Positions 1 through 14,471 of a stretch of 64,000 nucleotides of DNA are shown here, piece after piece. The stretch's first letter is position 1; the number at the start of each line of letters is the position of its first letter. Under the pieces are notes generated by a model, which was not told the DNA's origin, did not search any database, and saw only the letters and a list, made by a program, of their open reading frames with translations. This DNA is from Octopus vulgaris (Eukaryota): NCBI GenBank assembly GCA_951406725.2, contig OX597820.1:74400001-74464000 (forward strand). Reading direction: 5' to 3'. The position numbers and the translations under genes are program-made.

Positions 1-898
1 GAAGCCAATGAGAAACTGTCTACGTGATCGTTTCCTCTACTAGAAAGAACGGCTAAATATCCTTCAAATTATACTCTTTCGTCTTAAAAAGAAAGATATA
101 TACAAATTAGATAACGTAGAAATAATAGCGCCAAAAATGTGATTTTCACGGCTGGATGATTTTGATAATAGATCTTCACTTTGGGAGTTGGAGTTGGTAC
201 TAACATGCAACAGTTAATAAATAATGCAAAAGTGGAAACACGTTTCTTTGGGAGTGTCCTGACTAGTTTCATCTCTATTCGGAGAGTCAACAGTCAACAA
301 ATTACCCTTATTTTTTATCTACAGATAAAGCATTCATCTCCACGTTACCTAAGTTTATCGAAGAGTAAGCCTCTTGTTGGTACACACCGGCACTAATGTA
401 ATCATTGTTGTTGCTGTCAAAAGACAAATAATCAGAACATATACCACGAGGATACTTCTCAGACTTTCTGACATTTCTGCTAATTAAGACCCCGCTCTGG
501 ATTGATATTTTTTTTATCGACTCTCGATACGATGAAAAGCGAAGTTGACCTCGATAGAATTCAGATTCAGAGCGCAGCGACCCAGAGAATATATCGCATT
601 GTGTATGATTTTAAGGACTCGGCCTACATTACAATTTTAGTATCCCCACAAAATGAAATCATGTGAAACCAAATGCAATCAATTCGTCAAAGAATTGTCT
701 TGACTGTGAATAGGCATGTCTATGCTTAAGAAAATGTATTTTGTTTCATTTGTCTGTTTGAAGGAAGGAGACCCAACAAGAAAACACTATACCCACCCAT
801 GACCAGCACTCATGTAAAACGCAGAAATTGTTTCAGTTTCTTGGTTTCATTACCATCAAAAATCTCAACTGGCAAATCTCAACTCCCCGTTCCGATCA

Positions 899-936
<38 letters not shown>

Positions 937-1279
937 ATCGTATGTTCCCTCAACCCCATTCCCAAACACTGCACTAATCACTCCACACAGTCCATCCTTC
1001 TCGGAATAGCAGCTGACTAGAATTCCCTCCCTCCTCATGACTTACAGTCTCACCCATCTAGGAGAGCCCGCAGAAGCCATGGAAACTGCTTCTTCATCGA
1101 AACCCATTATTGGAAGCAAAATGTCAGCACGATGTTTTAATTGTGCAGGAAAGAATCGGTTTTCTGTGGTCCGCTTCTGTTTACTGATTATGGAGTATTT
1201 TAAGAAAGGCATGAATTTCATAAATCCTACTTTTACTTCTCTTTTAAACACGAGGTTCAGTTTCTTTGAGAAAATATTG

Positions 1280-1460
1280 GATTCAAATTTTGGCACAAGG
1301 CCAGCAATTTCGGAAAAGGGAGAAATCGATTACATCAGATCCAGTGCTCAACTGGTATTTATGATATCGACCCCGAAAGAATACAAGGAATTTGAAATCA
1401 GAACGCAAAGACGAACGAAATGCCGCTAAATATTTTGCTCGGCGTGCTAACGATTCTGAC
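1280..1460 (-). mobile_element. Degenerate copy of SINE family A (tRNA-derived)
   Basis: Reverse complement matches the GTTCTGAGTTCAAATTCC...GGGGTCGAT...AGTACCAG body and the GGCCTTGTGCCAAAATTTGAA tail seen in other copies. Confidence 0.7.
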
Positions 1461-2344
1461 AGTTCTGTGGGAAAATATTAAATTCTGAGGGAAAATATTA
1501 AATTATCATGTATATTGGAGTTTCAAATCAATTAAAATTACGTTGGGAAAAGTAGGCCGTCTTTTATAATGCCAGAAAAAAGAAACAGAACAGACAAACA
1601 AAAAACAAAACTAAGATAATCATAGTAGGAACACCTTTGATCATAGATGATCTGGGGGCTTAAACGGCAATAACAACAATGACGATAGCAACAGCAACAG
1701 CAGCAACAACGTCAACATCAACGGCATTAGCAGCTGTAATACCAAGGACAAAAATGATCGACATGGGGATACTGGAGAAGATTAAATTAACTTTAGTATT
1801 AGCCTGGATATTCGTAGTCAAATACCGATGCAATATCAGAAATCAATACGGCGCAGACGGACAATAACAAAAGATATTTAAAATACAAGTCGGCTTTGAT
1901 CAAGCGAAACTATAATTAAAACATCACAGCCAGGACCATAACATCTTATTTGCAGACAACCTATCCAAGATTACATAATCCCGTCCTCATTTAGGATTAA
2001 GATGGTGATCTGAGGTTTGAGTGCACGTTCACTGTTACTATTGAAGTTTTCTATTATCACCGACGTGCAGTCTGAGGGGACTTTGGTTGTTGTTCTTTGT
2101 CCCGAGCAACATAGTGCTTCGTTTTTTGGTTTTTATTTTCATTTTGCATACGTACGGTTTTAAAACTTAAATGATATTAATTATTGTTGGACGTGAAAAA
2201 AATGCCCTCAACAGCGCGCGGGTATGGGTGTGTGATAAAAAACGAAAAACTGTCGCTTCGCTAGTATATGGGCCCAAGATCTCTCGCGCAAAGTAAGCAA
2301 TATCTGGCATGTCTTTGGATTGGCCAATACATTGTCGTGTTAAA

Positions 2345-2606
2345 GGCAGAAACATTAACACGCCTGGCGAAATGCTCAGCGGTATTTCGTCTGCTGTTAC
2401 GTTCTGAATTCAAATTCCGCCGAGGTCGATTTGCCTTTCATCCTTTCGGGGTCGATTAAATAAGTACCAGTTACGCACTGGAGTCGATATAATCGACTTA
2501 ATCCGTTTGTCTGTCCTTGTTTGTCCCCCCTGTGTTTAGCCCCTTGTGGGTAGTAAAGAAATAGGTATTTCGTCTGTCGTTACGTTCTGAGTTGAAATTC
2601 CGCCGT
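2345..2606 (+). mobile_element. SINE family A (tRNA-derived), partial dimer
   Basis: GGCAGAAACATTAACACGCC head, B-box-like GAATTCAAATTCC, core GCCTTTCATCCTTTCGGGGTCGAT; a second monomer starts at about 2566. Confidence 0.85.
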
Positions 2607-2957
2607 TAAACTTTCCAAGCGTTAAACTTTCTCATTCTCCAAGCGTTAAACTAATACATATGTTTAGTGTTTGCACACCCGTCTTCGTCTTCTTTTTTTT
2701 TTGTAAATTCTCACTACATACATACATACATACATACATACATACATACATACATACATACATACATACAAACATACATACATACATACCCTCTTGTTGA
2801 TGTTGAAATTCCAATGAAAGAGCCTTGAATCTAGGTTAGAAACCGGCTTTTTCTCTAAATAAAACTGAATGATGACATACATAACAACAAATATGAGCAT
2901 GCTTAGATATGCGACTATATGCATGAAAAGACACACAAAACAAAACATACAAATGTG

Positions 2958-3000
<43 letters not shown>

Positions 3001-3319
3001 AGAAATATCCTATTGTTAATGTTGAAATTCCAATGAAGGAACCTTGCATCTAGGTTAGAAACCGGCTACCTGCACATATACATTCATACATACGTACATA
3101 CGTAAGAGTGTGTGTGCATGTTTATGTGTGTGAGTGTGGGCTTAACATTTCCACAACTTCATGACGTTTGTTGGTGTCTTTACGTCTCCGTAAATTAACG
3201 GTTTGGCAAAAGAGACCGATAGAATAAGTACCAGAGTTAAAAAATAGTAATTCGGTCGATTTGTTCGACTAAAATAAGTATGCATACATACATACATACA
3301 TACATACATACGTACATGA

Positions 3320-3382
<63 letters not shown>

Positions 3383-3719
3383 CATGCACTAAGTAAAGCA
3401 GTTATTCGCCACACACCCAAACTCTACGCATACACACACGAACACACACATACATACACACACACACACACACACGATACATATACATACACGCACACAC
3501 ACACATACTTCAAAGTAGCAGTACTGACCTGTGGTAGGGACAAAAGGCACCACTCCTTCTTCTACTAGCCCTACAAACACGCTTTGTTTACATCCACAAC
3601 CACACACATATACACACACACACGCACACACACACACACACACACGTCTCATCATTGCACACATACACACACACACGCACACGCACACCTCTGCGCACGC
3701 ACATATCCACACTTACACA

Positions 3720-4020
3720 CACATTCCTCCTCTACCAGTCTCCTGTCTTTGACAATACTACTCTCCTCTGTTTGAAAATATCTTTCTTCACCCTTTTCCT
3801 TCCGGTCTTTCAAAATGTGACCTCGTGTGTACCGTTGGCGATTTTTTTCCCTCTGTCCTCCCTTCTCTGGATCCTTCCTTCTCCTATGTTTCCGACGAAG
3901 AGCTCCGCTCGAAACGCTAAACCCTCCTTCTTTCCTTCTTTCCTGAGCGTCCAGTAATACTATATTTGTTCCACGTCCTCGCGTTGTTGTGTCTTTTTGT
4001 ACTTTCTTGTTTGAATTAAC
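3720..4020 (+). mobile_element. Penelope-like pLTR fragment
   Basis: Pyrimidine-rich body with an HHR-like motif at 3888-3922, ending at (TA)n; similar to 37527-37750 and 38478-38595. Confidence 0.65.
3888..3922 (+). ncRNA. Compact hammerhead-like motif, variant core, probably inactive
   Basis: GTTT-CCGACGA-A-GAGC-TCC-GCTC-GAAA-CG-CT-AAAC; U4C core and U16.1 mutated to C. Confidence 0.55.
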
Positions 4021-4026
4021 TATATA

Positions 4027-4117
<91 letters not shown>

Positions 4118-4267
4118 TTGATTTGAAAACCCCACTGGAATGGGAGAAAGCGCTAATAATCCAAATGATATGATCTGAATGATATGATATATATATGTAA
4201 AAAATGTAATATATAAATAAATATCTATAAATATGAACCATCCGATCTGATTACCTCATTTCTTCTA

Positions 4268-4298
<31 letters not shown>

Positions 4299-4339
4299 AC
4301 AAAGTGGAGTTGTAAGGAACCGCACGAGTGGAATTATAG

Positions 4340-4423
4340 ATGAAAGAAGGTTTGAAAATGCAATTTTAAAATATGTTTATTTACTTAAATAAACATATTT
4401 TAAAATTGCATTTTCAAACCTTC

Positions 4424-4429
<6 letters not shown>
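4340..4429. repeat. Perfect palindrome, 44-bp arms and 2-nt loop
   Basis: 4340-4383 is the exact reverse complement of 4386-4429; (TA)n lies on both sides. Confidence 0.95.
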
Positions 4430-4474
<45 letters not shown>

Positions 4475-4478
4475 CATA

Positions 4479-4726
4479 CAGGGTGTGATGGGTAAATTGT
4501 CGACATTTTATATTTTTGATTTCGCGCAAGCGAATTGTTTGTTTGTTTTTATCTTGTCCACTACATAGTATGGTAGGGTCAGTTGGACACCATCTGTAAG
4601 AAAAACAGCACGCTAACGTAATTCAGTCTGCCAGAAATTTGGAAGCGACATGTTGTACTGCTTGGCATTCGAACAGGAAGCTCCAATAGGAACATTTCAG
4701 AGTGTTTGGCTGTGAATTTGAGGACA
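4479..4726 (+). mobile_element. Tc1/mariner-type DNA transposon 5' end with transposase N-terminal remnant
   Basis: TA|CAGGGTGTG terminus; downstream frame reads PEIWKRHVVLLGIRTGSSNRNISECLAVNLRT, resembling a transposase HTH region. Confidence 0.6.
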
Positions 4727-5367
4727 TGGACCGAGAGTGATAAAAATCAAACATTTTGCTAATTATTTCTTAAGAGCATATGTAATTGCGTGCAGACATA
4801 GTCACTGTCGGCCCCTCTATTCATTAGCCCCCTGGTACCTCAAAAATCTAATATTTGGGCAGAGATATACAAATAGTTAGATAGATAAAAAGATAGGAAG
4901 AGAAAGAAAATGAGAGGGAACGAAAGAGAAGGAGGAGAGAGGGGAAGAGTAATTGACAGTCTAATTGTAGCATTAGACTGGTACTAATATTTCACAGGTA
5001 CGCGGTCCAGTGATTGGGCACATGATCATAAAGCTGTAGGCTCAAGTCCTTGAGCAAACGGTGATTTGCGTTCATGAGGAGGGCTCTACAAACAAATGAA
5101 GGTACATCAGCAACTAAGTGCCCCCAACCAAACAACACCACCACCAGCGCCAACAAGAACAGAAACAACACCATCGTCACCACCACTACCACCACCACCA
5201 ACAACAACTTCAAAGAAGGAAGAGAAAATGAGAAAGACTCATACCCCACCTCCAAAAACCAATAACCTCACCCCAAATTTCACCAACCAGCATCAACACC
5301 AACAAAGTCAACGCACTCAAAAATAGACCCCAATACACTTTCCCTCCCACCTTTTGATTCCTCTGAC

Positions 5368-5802
5368 ATGTCAGATGAAGATGACACAGAAGATTGGCAA
5401 ATGGCCACAGGGGGAAGAAGAAAAGGGGGAAAAAGAATAGTGGAGCAGACAAATAAAGTAGGGAGGTTTACCACTCCCGAAACCAAAACACCCGCAGAAA
5501 ACAAAAGCATCAACACAAACACATTAACACCAAACCCCACCAACAACCCAGACCTAATGGAATACGTTTGGTCAAACACCAAAATAATAGAAAATGATAC
5601 CAAAACAAAGAATCACTCACGCACAACACCACCACAAAACATTAAAATCATACACATAAAACAGAACACACACAGAACCCTGAAATCTCTATACCCTGAT
5701 GCAATTGGGCGATTTCAAAAATACCTGTCTAAAAAACTATACAAAAACCCTTCTGGGAAAGACTGTGAGGTGAAGAACAAAGAACTTTCGGACAGTAAGT
5801 GA
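5368..5802 (+). pseudogene. Possible LINE ORF1 N-terminal remnant
   Basis: A/C-rich frame with an acidic-then-basic N-terminus (MSDEDDTEDWQMATGGRRKGGKR) just upstream of the Tx1 ORF2; no diagnostic motif seen. Confidence 0.35.
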
Positions 5803-5812
5803 CTCTCTCTCC

Positions 5813-5846
<34 letters not shown>

Positions 5847-5897
5847 TTCTCTCTCTCTCTTTCTCTTTCGTCTTCCTTTCGTTTGTAAAACATACAC

Positions 5898-8500
5898 AAA
5901 ATAGGCAGTATAAATGAACGTGTCTTGGATCGCCTTGGAAACAAGGCTACCTGCTAAACGGCATCAAGTCACACAATCTGCATATCATAGCCATCGGTGA
6001 GACCAAACTCCACAGCGCGCGGGCACTCCTGCACATGTTCGGCGGACATTTCGACATTTATTTTTCTCCGTGTCTGCCGAGAATGGGCGGAGGTGGCACC
6101 GCGGTGCTTCTTCGGAAGAGTCTGGACCTCAAAGTAAGAGCAGCCCGGAGGGTAGGTTGGTCGTCTTGGATGTCAATGGCAGTAATAGGTGTGCTTTTCG
6201 ATTAATAACAGTTTATGCACCGTCCTTAACAGACCGGCCAGCTTTCTTTCGACGTCTAGAGAGTTTCCTGGGAACGTCACGACCTTTACTTTTAGTGGGG
6301 GTTTGGAAAGCTACGCTGGACACGCATCTAGACTACGTGGGCAGAGATAGTAATAGGAAGGGATGCAAATGCCTCAAAGATCTGCTCAGACGTTTCCAAC
6401 TGTCTGACAGGTACCGACTGGACCACCCAAATGTACCAATGTGGACATGGAGCAACCGCATCGGGTCGTCCTGATAGAACATAGATAGAGTATTCTGAAG
6501 GGCAGTGGATAAGGATAGTGCAGGTTGTCCACAATTCCATATGGTCAGCTACACAGACCATAAATTTGTGACTTGTACACTTGACTTAAATAAGACATAT
6601 AGGCAGAGTCCTGGTTACTGGAAGCTGAACGCATCGTTCACAGCACGCCAGGCTTACAGGGACCGGATTAGCACATTAGTTGAGAGAGCATTGACGGGTA
6701 CCATCATCAAAAACAGATGGTGGTATACCCTAAAGAAAGCAATTAAAGCAGAATCTGTTAGGTACAGTAAGGCCCTAGCATTAGACCGAAATAGAATACA
6801 GGGAGACCTAGTTAAGAAATTAGAAGAGACACTTAGAACTGGCATCACGTCCAACGTACTGGCAGCGAGGTTGGCCCTCGACCAACACTTCAACGCCAAA
6901 CACAAAGGATGCGTTGTCAGAGCTAGGATGCGTGCTCTGAGGAACGAAGGAGTTGAAGCCGCCCGAGAGGCCCGAGTGGCGGAGGCGCAACGAGGCAACA
7001 GAGCCACCATTAGGTCACTTACAGATGAACAGGGGCGCGAATTACTCGAGCCTGAAAGGATGTGTAAGGCCTTTCAACAACACTTTGCCCGACTGTTCGG
7101 GACAACTGGTAGGTCAGAACACAGAGTTGACTTTAGTGCCTACCTGCATGGCCTGCCACGTTTCTCAGGAAGAGAAGCGGAGTGTTGTGAAAGACCCATC
7201 ACAGCCACAAACGTACGGGATGCGATGGCAGGCTGCGCAGGAGAAAGTCACCGGACTTGGATTGTCTGCCCTACGAACTTTATTGTCATATACCAAACTT
7301 GTTTGGAGGCGTCTTGGCAGCTGTCTACTGTAACTGGCAGCAAAACGGGAGTATCCCCGTCTTTGTAAAGCGAGGATCGGTGGCACTGCTAAAGAAAGAC
7401 CCAAACAAGGGGACCGTCATAGATAACTTCAGGCCCACCACTCTGCTCAACACAGGTTTGAAAATTTTGGCGAAGGTGTTAGCCGAGAGGTTGGCGCTTG
7501 TCATCGAGAAATTAGTCGACAAGGCGCAAACGTGCACCGTGCCGGGTAGGAGTATCTATGACAACCTCCATCTGATGCGTTACAATCATAAACAGGGTAG
7601 TTAAGGAACCTGGTATGGGTAGGGCGCTGATCAATTTGGATCAGTCAAAAGCTTTCGATAGGGTACACCATCACTACTTGGAGGCTGTCCTTAAAGCGGC
7701 TGGTTTCGGTCCCATCTTCCGCTGTTCGATCGCTGCCTTATACAGTGGCATCCGCTCGGTAGTTCGCGTAAATGGTCATCTATCCAGATCATTTAACATC
7801 ATGCGTTCGATTCGGCAAGGATGCCTCCTCTCATCGTTTCCGTATGTATTGACACTGCGGAAGCTGGCGACGCTGAGGCGCATCCCACGAGAGCTGGGAT
7901 GCGGGAGGAACGTGTCTGTGTATGCGGACGACGTCACCGTCATAGTGTCGAGCCACAAACACATTGACCTGGTTGGCTAGACAATAAAATAATAGGAAGC
8001 GGTAACGGGAGCAAAAATTAACCGGGAAAAGTCAGTGCGCTTGCGGCTCGGCACCTGGAGAAGTAAGCCCATTCCGTCCAACAGCGTCTCTACTGTGGGA
8101 CGCTGGACTGACGGACCGATTAAATTGCTCGGAGTTTGGCCCGGTCCGAATCTCGAAATGGAGAAGAACTGGGGCGAAATAACGACTAGGCTGGCCACTC
8201 TCACCCAGCAATGGGCCGAAAGGAAGCTATACCTAAAAGGTCAAGCGGAGGTGGAGAACGCGTACATTGCATCCGTCATCAATTACCGTCTGCATACTCT
8301 TCCGCTTCTTGTGCAAGGGAAGCGTTCCGATGGTTAGGCGATCCGTTTGCTGTCAACACCCGCTCAATGGAGGGCTAGGCATACCGTGGTTGATGATGCG
8401 CAGACATGCGCTGAGACAGTGAACAGGTGTATTCGCCGTTTGTGAGGCGCGCAGCTCGTCTCCATGACCGAACTGCAACCTTGGATCAAAAAGAGGCCGA
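5898..8500 (+). mobile_element. L1/Tx1-clade LINE ORF2 pseudogene (APE endonuclease + reverse transcriptase), frameshifted
   Basis: APE motifs (IIAIGETK, ITVYAP, TDHKFV), SPGYWKLN linker, RT motifs RPTTLLN, LDQSKAFDRV, SIRQGCLLS, VYADDV, spread over several frames. Confidence 0.93.
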
Positions 8501-8664
8501 GGCTAGGCGAATGATTGGCTTTTTTTTTTCCCCACGATCCCTTTTGATCGAAATTCGACCCACTTTATTTCTCTTCTTCTTCCCAAAAAGAAAAGCTCTA
8601 CTTTGTATTTTGTCCCCTTTGTGTTCAGCTCTGCGTGGCCAATAAAGAGGCATATCTCTCTACC

Positions 8665-9125
<461 letters not shown>

Positions 9126-11637
9126 ATCGATCAAGTAAAATATTTTATTTTTATATTTGCTTGTCTCCATTACTAATCATACAAAGTTAATTGGAAAACA
9201 GTGCCACGGAACATATTTCAAACTTTCTCTCTATACGTATGCTAGCTATACTTCCAAAGTTTCGGGGCTGCTCCTACATTTTGATTACAGTTAAAACTAT
9301 AACAAGCTGGTGTTCAGAATTATCAAGAAATATACTGCATTAGTTTATTTCTTATTTCTTTATTCCCTTTCTGTTTTTGGTTTTCGCTAGTTAAGCATCA
9401 TTAAATTATATCAACTTGAACAATGTTCACTTCAGTAAAATGATATATATTTTTTCTTTCTTACTAGTTAAATTATCCCTCCATGATGCTTGCTATACAT
9501 CAACTGCATAAAAGAAGTAAATTGCTTTTAATGTAGTTTTGGAAGTCTTTGATGTTTTACCGAAATCTGCTGATTGCTATTAACAGTCCTTGACATAAAG
9601 TGAAGGCAATATATGTAGAAAAGGTAGTCGTAATACTGGTGAGGAAAAAAAGTCTCATATGTGTAACAAAAATCCGGGTCACCAAAAGCCAATTACGAAT
9701 TTTGGTTAACGATCATATTCCTAAAATGCTCGTTTGCCATCTCGTGGTGAATTATCTGAAGAATTTATAAAATCAGGCACCTACGTTAAATTCATCCTGG
9801 TGAAAGTCTGACGGTAATAAAGAAATATAATTAAAAAAAGGCAAAACCAGGAACTGAAAAGTGGTCCCCATGAACGTTTCCATTGATTTCCAGACAGGTG
9901 AGTGGAAGGGAGAGTGTTATCCTAAAACCTGAAACCCGACGCAAATGCTTACAACAGCGTGGAGTTCTTTCCAAAAAGGCACCTATAAGCCAAAACCTGG
10001 AGCTAAACAGGCGACGAATTAAGTTTTCTATTTGTTGTTAACTACAGGTCAGTCTTGATTGAGAAGATGAGTATTAAGATATCGTCGATATTTTAGACAT
10101 GATATATGTAAGACTACATTTATGTAATGTGGACGCCTTTTTTAAAACAATAGTTTACAATTCGATGTTTTTTGACAGCTGTTTCTAAGAGCTATTTCTA
10201 ACCATACATAGGTTCCGTTGCTGGGTGAAGAATACTTGTGACTCCGTTTGCTTATTGTTGGTTAGATACAGATAAGTTCTGATTTATCTGACTTATGGTC
10301 AAAACAGGTTCAGTTGTGACTATTTAGCCGTTCCACATACATACATATATAAATACATACATATATACATACATACATACATACATACATACATACATAC
10401 ATACATACATACATACATACATACATACATACATACATACATACATACAAACATACATGTGCACTCTGCTACACTGGTGTGGAAGATATCACACACATCA
10501 GCAGTAGCTGCTCCATGCATCTATGATATATTATATGCCTCTGAGGCTTGATATGGTTGTAAAAATAATCGCGGGAAGGATTGCCCTGACGTATACATCG
10601 AATGTATGTCAGAACTAGCAGGCATTCACACCTTCAAAAGCAAGGAATATCGGTAGAATAAGCCAATAAAAACAGCTATTTGGTGCAAACGTAACAGACC
10701 TGATAATGTTTTGTGGAACAGGGGACAAAATCACACTCTGTTTTAGAAACCAGCTGCCCAGCGGATGTGAATGTACAATTAAAAGTTCAGCAAAAAGAGA
10801 ACATTTATTGTTAATCAATGCAGAAATTACAGCTCTTATTCCCTGACTATAAATTCTCGTCTGTACCTAGAATTTGTACAATAGGTTGTGCGCCTACAAA
10901 TTTACACTACAACCTAGAAATATTCGGTTTTTCGGAGAAAGTGCAAGAAACTGACGTGGCTTCTCCAAAAACAATCTATTAGCGGCAGAGTGAATATCTG
11001 TGAGACATTCCAAAGATTATCCATTTGAGAGTCTTTAGTCGAATAGATGCATTAGTTATGCATGTGCATCGACAATTCAACCGACGCACCAGTTCAGACA
11101 TATATTTACAAAAAGCGGGAAAACTTGTGAACTCAAAAAGTCTTGTCGCTTTGTGAGCGAACGGGTAAAGAACATACACGAGTGCGAGCATGCGTTGGTA
11201 TTTGTGTTTGTGTGTGTGCGTGAGCGCGTCTCTTTAAAAATACTTATAGCCTTTCATATATTGTATAACATCCTTAACCCTCTATTCGTAATTTATAAAT
11301 GTGTTTTTTTTTTCTTCTTTAGATTTTACGTTATCATTTCTTTCTTGTTAAACTCTCGGGCAGATTGCATTTTGTTTTTATTTTTATCATTTTGGTCCCT
11401 TGTGGAAATTAAGGAAAGATTATTGTTATATTTTGTTATTATAACTAGATAAAGAAATCATCATGATCGCCGTCATCTTTCTCATGTTCATCATCATTAC
11501 TTTCGTGGTTGCTTTATCTTTTACGAGGTGTTCCGAGACTTAGTCATTTTACTGTGAGTGTACTCGTATTTTTTTTAATGATTAGCAATGATATATTGCA
11601 GGGAAGGGAGAGGCAAGTCTGACAACTGCTGCTGCTC

Positions 11638-11730
<93 letters not shown>

Positions 11731-11758
11731 TCGACATTTTTGGTGAGGAGGCCTGCCG

Positions 11759-12013
11759 ATTAGATCGACTCCAGTACGCAACTGGCACTTAATTTATTCG
11801 AACCTGAAAGGATGAAAGGCAAAGTCGACCTCGGCGGAATTTGAATTCAGAACGTACAGACAGACGAAATACTGCTAAGCATTTCACCCCGCGTTAGCGG
11901 TATTTCGTCTGCCGTTACGTTCTGAGTTCAAATTTCGCCGAGGTCGACTTTGCCTTTCATCCTTTCAGGTTCGAATAAATTAAGTACCAGTTGCGTACTG
12001 GAGTCGATCTAAT
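11759..12013. mobile_element. Head-to-head inverted pair of SINE family A segments
   Basis: 11759-11878 (minus) and 11894-12013 (plus) are near-complementary with a 15-nt spacer. Confidence 0.9.
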
Positions 12014-12038
12014 TTCTGTCATTGTACCTGAAGTAAAG

Positions 12039-12100
<62 letters not shown>

Positions 12101-12146
12101 GCAGCATCAACAGTGATGGTGGTGGTGGTGGTGGTAGTAGTAGTAA

Positions 12147-12220
<74 letters not shown>

Positions 12221-13349
12221 TTTTGAACTCAGATTAGCCGCGACTGCAAGGATCTATGATGAAAGGTATTGAAACCGCGACCAAACCGTCTATTTCATTA
12301 ATGCTGTGCATTAGGGCCTCTAAAACGTCGTTTGAATAATTAATTATTTACTTAAGACTGGGCCGACCAAAGCCTTGTGAGTGGATTTGGTAGACGGAAA
12401 CTGAAAGAAGCCCGGAACCATGTGGTTGTGAAGCAACATTCTTACTACTCAGTCACTCTTGCGCCTATGTTTTATATATTATTTTTTTATATTGTTTATA
12501 ATTGTTTTATATATTATTCACGTTATTGTACTTCGTTGTGCCCGTGAAAAATTTGTTGTTCGTGGAAAAATTCTCCGGGGCGCAGAAATTGTTGGGAACA
12601 GTTGTGTTTGAGCTTTTAAAACTGCAGTATTCAATATGCCCGTCCTTTCCTTTAAAAGAGTAGCGTATGATTTAAGTGGATTTGAATGTTATTTGCAGCA
12701 GGTCAAGCAGCACATAGAATTTCCGTTGGTTTTCATTATCCCTTCTTTTAGTATGTAGTTCCTTTCTTCTACACAGTTTGCACTTTAACGAGGAGAGAGA
12801 GAGGTTTACTTGTTATTTAGTTATCACGTTGAGTGAGGTCCAATGGCAATATACGTGTGTCAAGAGTGGATCAAGAAGTCTCTACTTTAAACACAGTTAT
12901 GCAGCGTGTTAAAAAGGATTTGGGTGTTGCGTTGAGTAAGGTCAACTGATTACATGGCGCTCGCTCATTGGTTTCAATATGGGCTCACTCACACTTACAA
13001 ATCTCACTAAGTCACTCACCCATATCATTACACATTCTCTCAATCATTGTTTCACACTTTGCCAATCTCTCTCTCCCTCTCTCTCCCTCTCTGTCTGTCT
13101 GTCTGTCTCTCTCTCTGTCTCACATACACATACACATACATATACGTATATATACTTAGATATTTACATACGTGTGTGTATGTATTAAAAAGATGTTAAC
13201 TTTATATGTTATATGTATATATACACATGTATAATACACGTATACATATATATGTATATGACTATATATGTGTGTGTATGAATGTATGAATGATATATAT
13301 GATTGTATACAGACATATGTATGTATGTATGTATATATATATCTGTCTG

Positions 13350-13382
<33 letters not shown>

Positions 13383-13396
13383 ATCTCTCTCTCTAT

Positions 13397-13436
<40 letters not shown>

Positions 13437-13457
13437 ATACACACATATATATTTATG

Positions 13458-13508
<51 letters not shown>

Positions 13509-13831
13509 AATGTATCAACGTGCATTTGTTAGTTGTACCTTTGCTAGAAGCTCTACAATAATCGACAGTCAAAGCAGTCAAGCAGGTTTTGCAGCTATCA
13601 ATCTTGATATGATAACTAACTTACCATCTCCAGCTGGCAGCAGTTCCAACGGATACCGGAACTATTGACCTTTACTCGACAACAACTGACTAAGACTATT
13701 AGTCATGAAGCGTTAATTAAATCAGCGATGTTAGTCTGATCCCTGCCGTATAAACCTACTACTGTGAGTTTGAGAGAGAGAGAAAGAGGGAGAATGCAAG
13801 AGACAAAGAGCGAGAGAGGGAGAGAGAATAT

Positions 13832-13863
<32 letters not shown>

Positions 13864-14154
13864 GGGAAGAAGGATAGAAAATAATATTCAGTTCAGTGAT
13901 GTTAGCCGCCATAATGCTTACTGCCATTATATGAAATGTGATAAATATAAAAGTGTCATACATACTAAGAGTCCCTGCTGGTCGTTTGGTTAAGCTAGCG
14001 GAAAACTACAAGACAAAGGCTCGATAATTCGCAAGTTTGTCGCCGGTGTTTTATTATGTCAAGTCACATGATCAAAGAGTGCTCCAGCATGACCACAGTC
14101 CAATAACTGAGACAAGAAAAGGATGAAAGAAAACTGATTAGGTAAGTTAAAATA

Positions 14155-14370
14155 ATCCTTTCTGCTTTAGGCAGAAGGCCTGAAATTTATGGCGAGGGGA
14201 ATAGTCGATTACATCGACCCCAGTGTTTCGCTGGTACTTAATTTATCGATTCACGAAAGGGCGAAAGGCAAAGTCGACCTCGTCGGAATTTGAACCCAGA
14301 ATGTAGCGACGGGCGAAATAACACTAAGCGTTTCGTCCGGCGTGTTAATGATTCGGCAAGCTTGCCGCCT
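14155..14370 (-). mobile_element. SINE family A
   Basis: Full head-to-tail match on the minus strand. Confidence 0.85.
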
Positions 14371-14471
14371 TTTTTGTCAGCTCACCACATTGGAAAATGC
14401 CCCAGTGGTACTATCTGCATGGACAACATATAGTTAAATTCAGGCTCCAATGACTTAAAATCAGTGGTTAA

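Noticed and set aside
5898-8500. Active LINE or domesticated reverse transcriptase
   Set aside because: Multiple frameshifts and stops, and a truncated 3' end.
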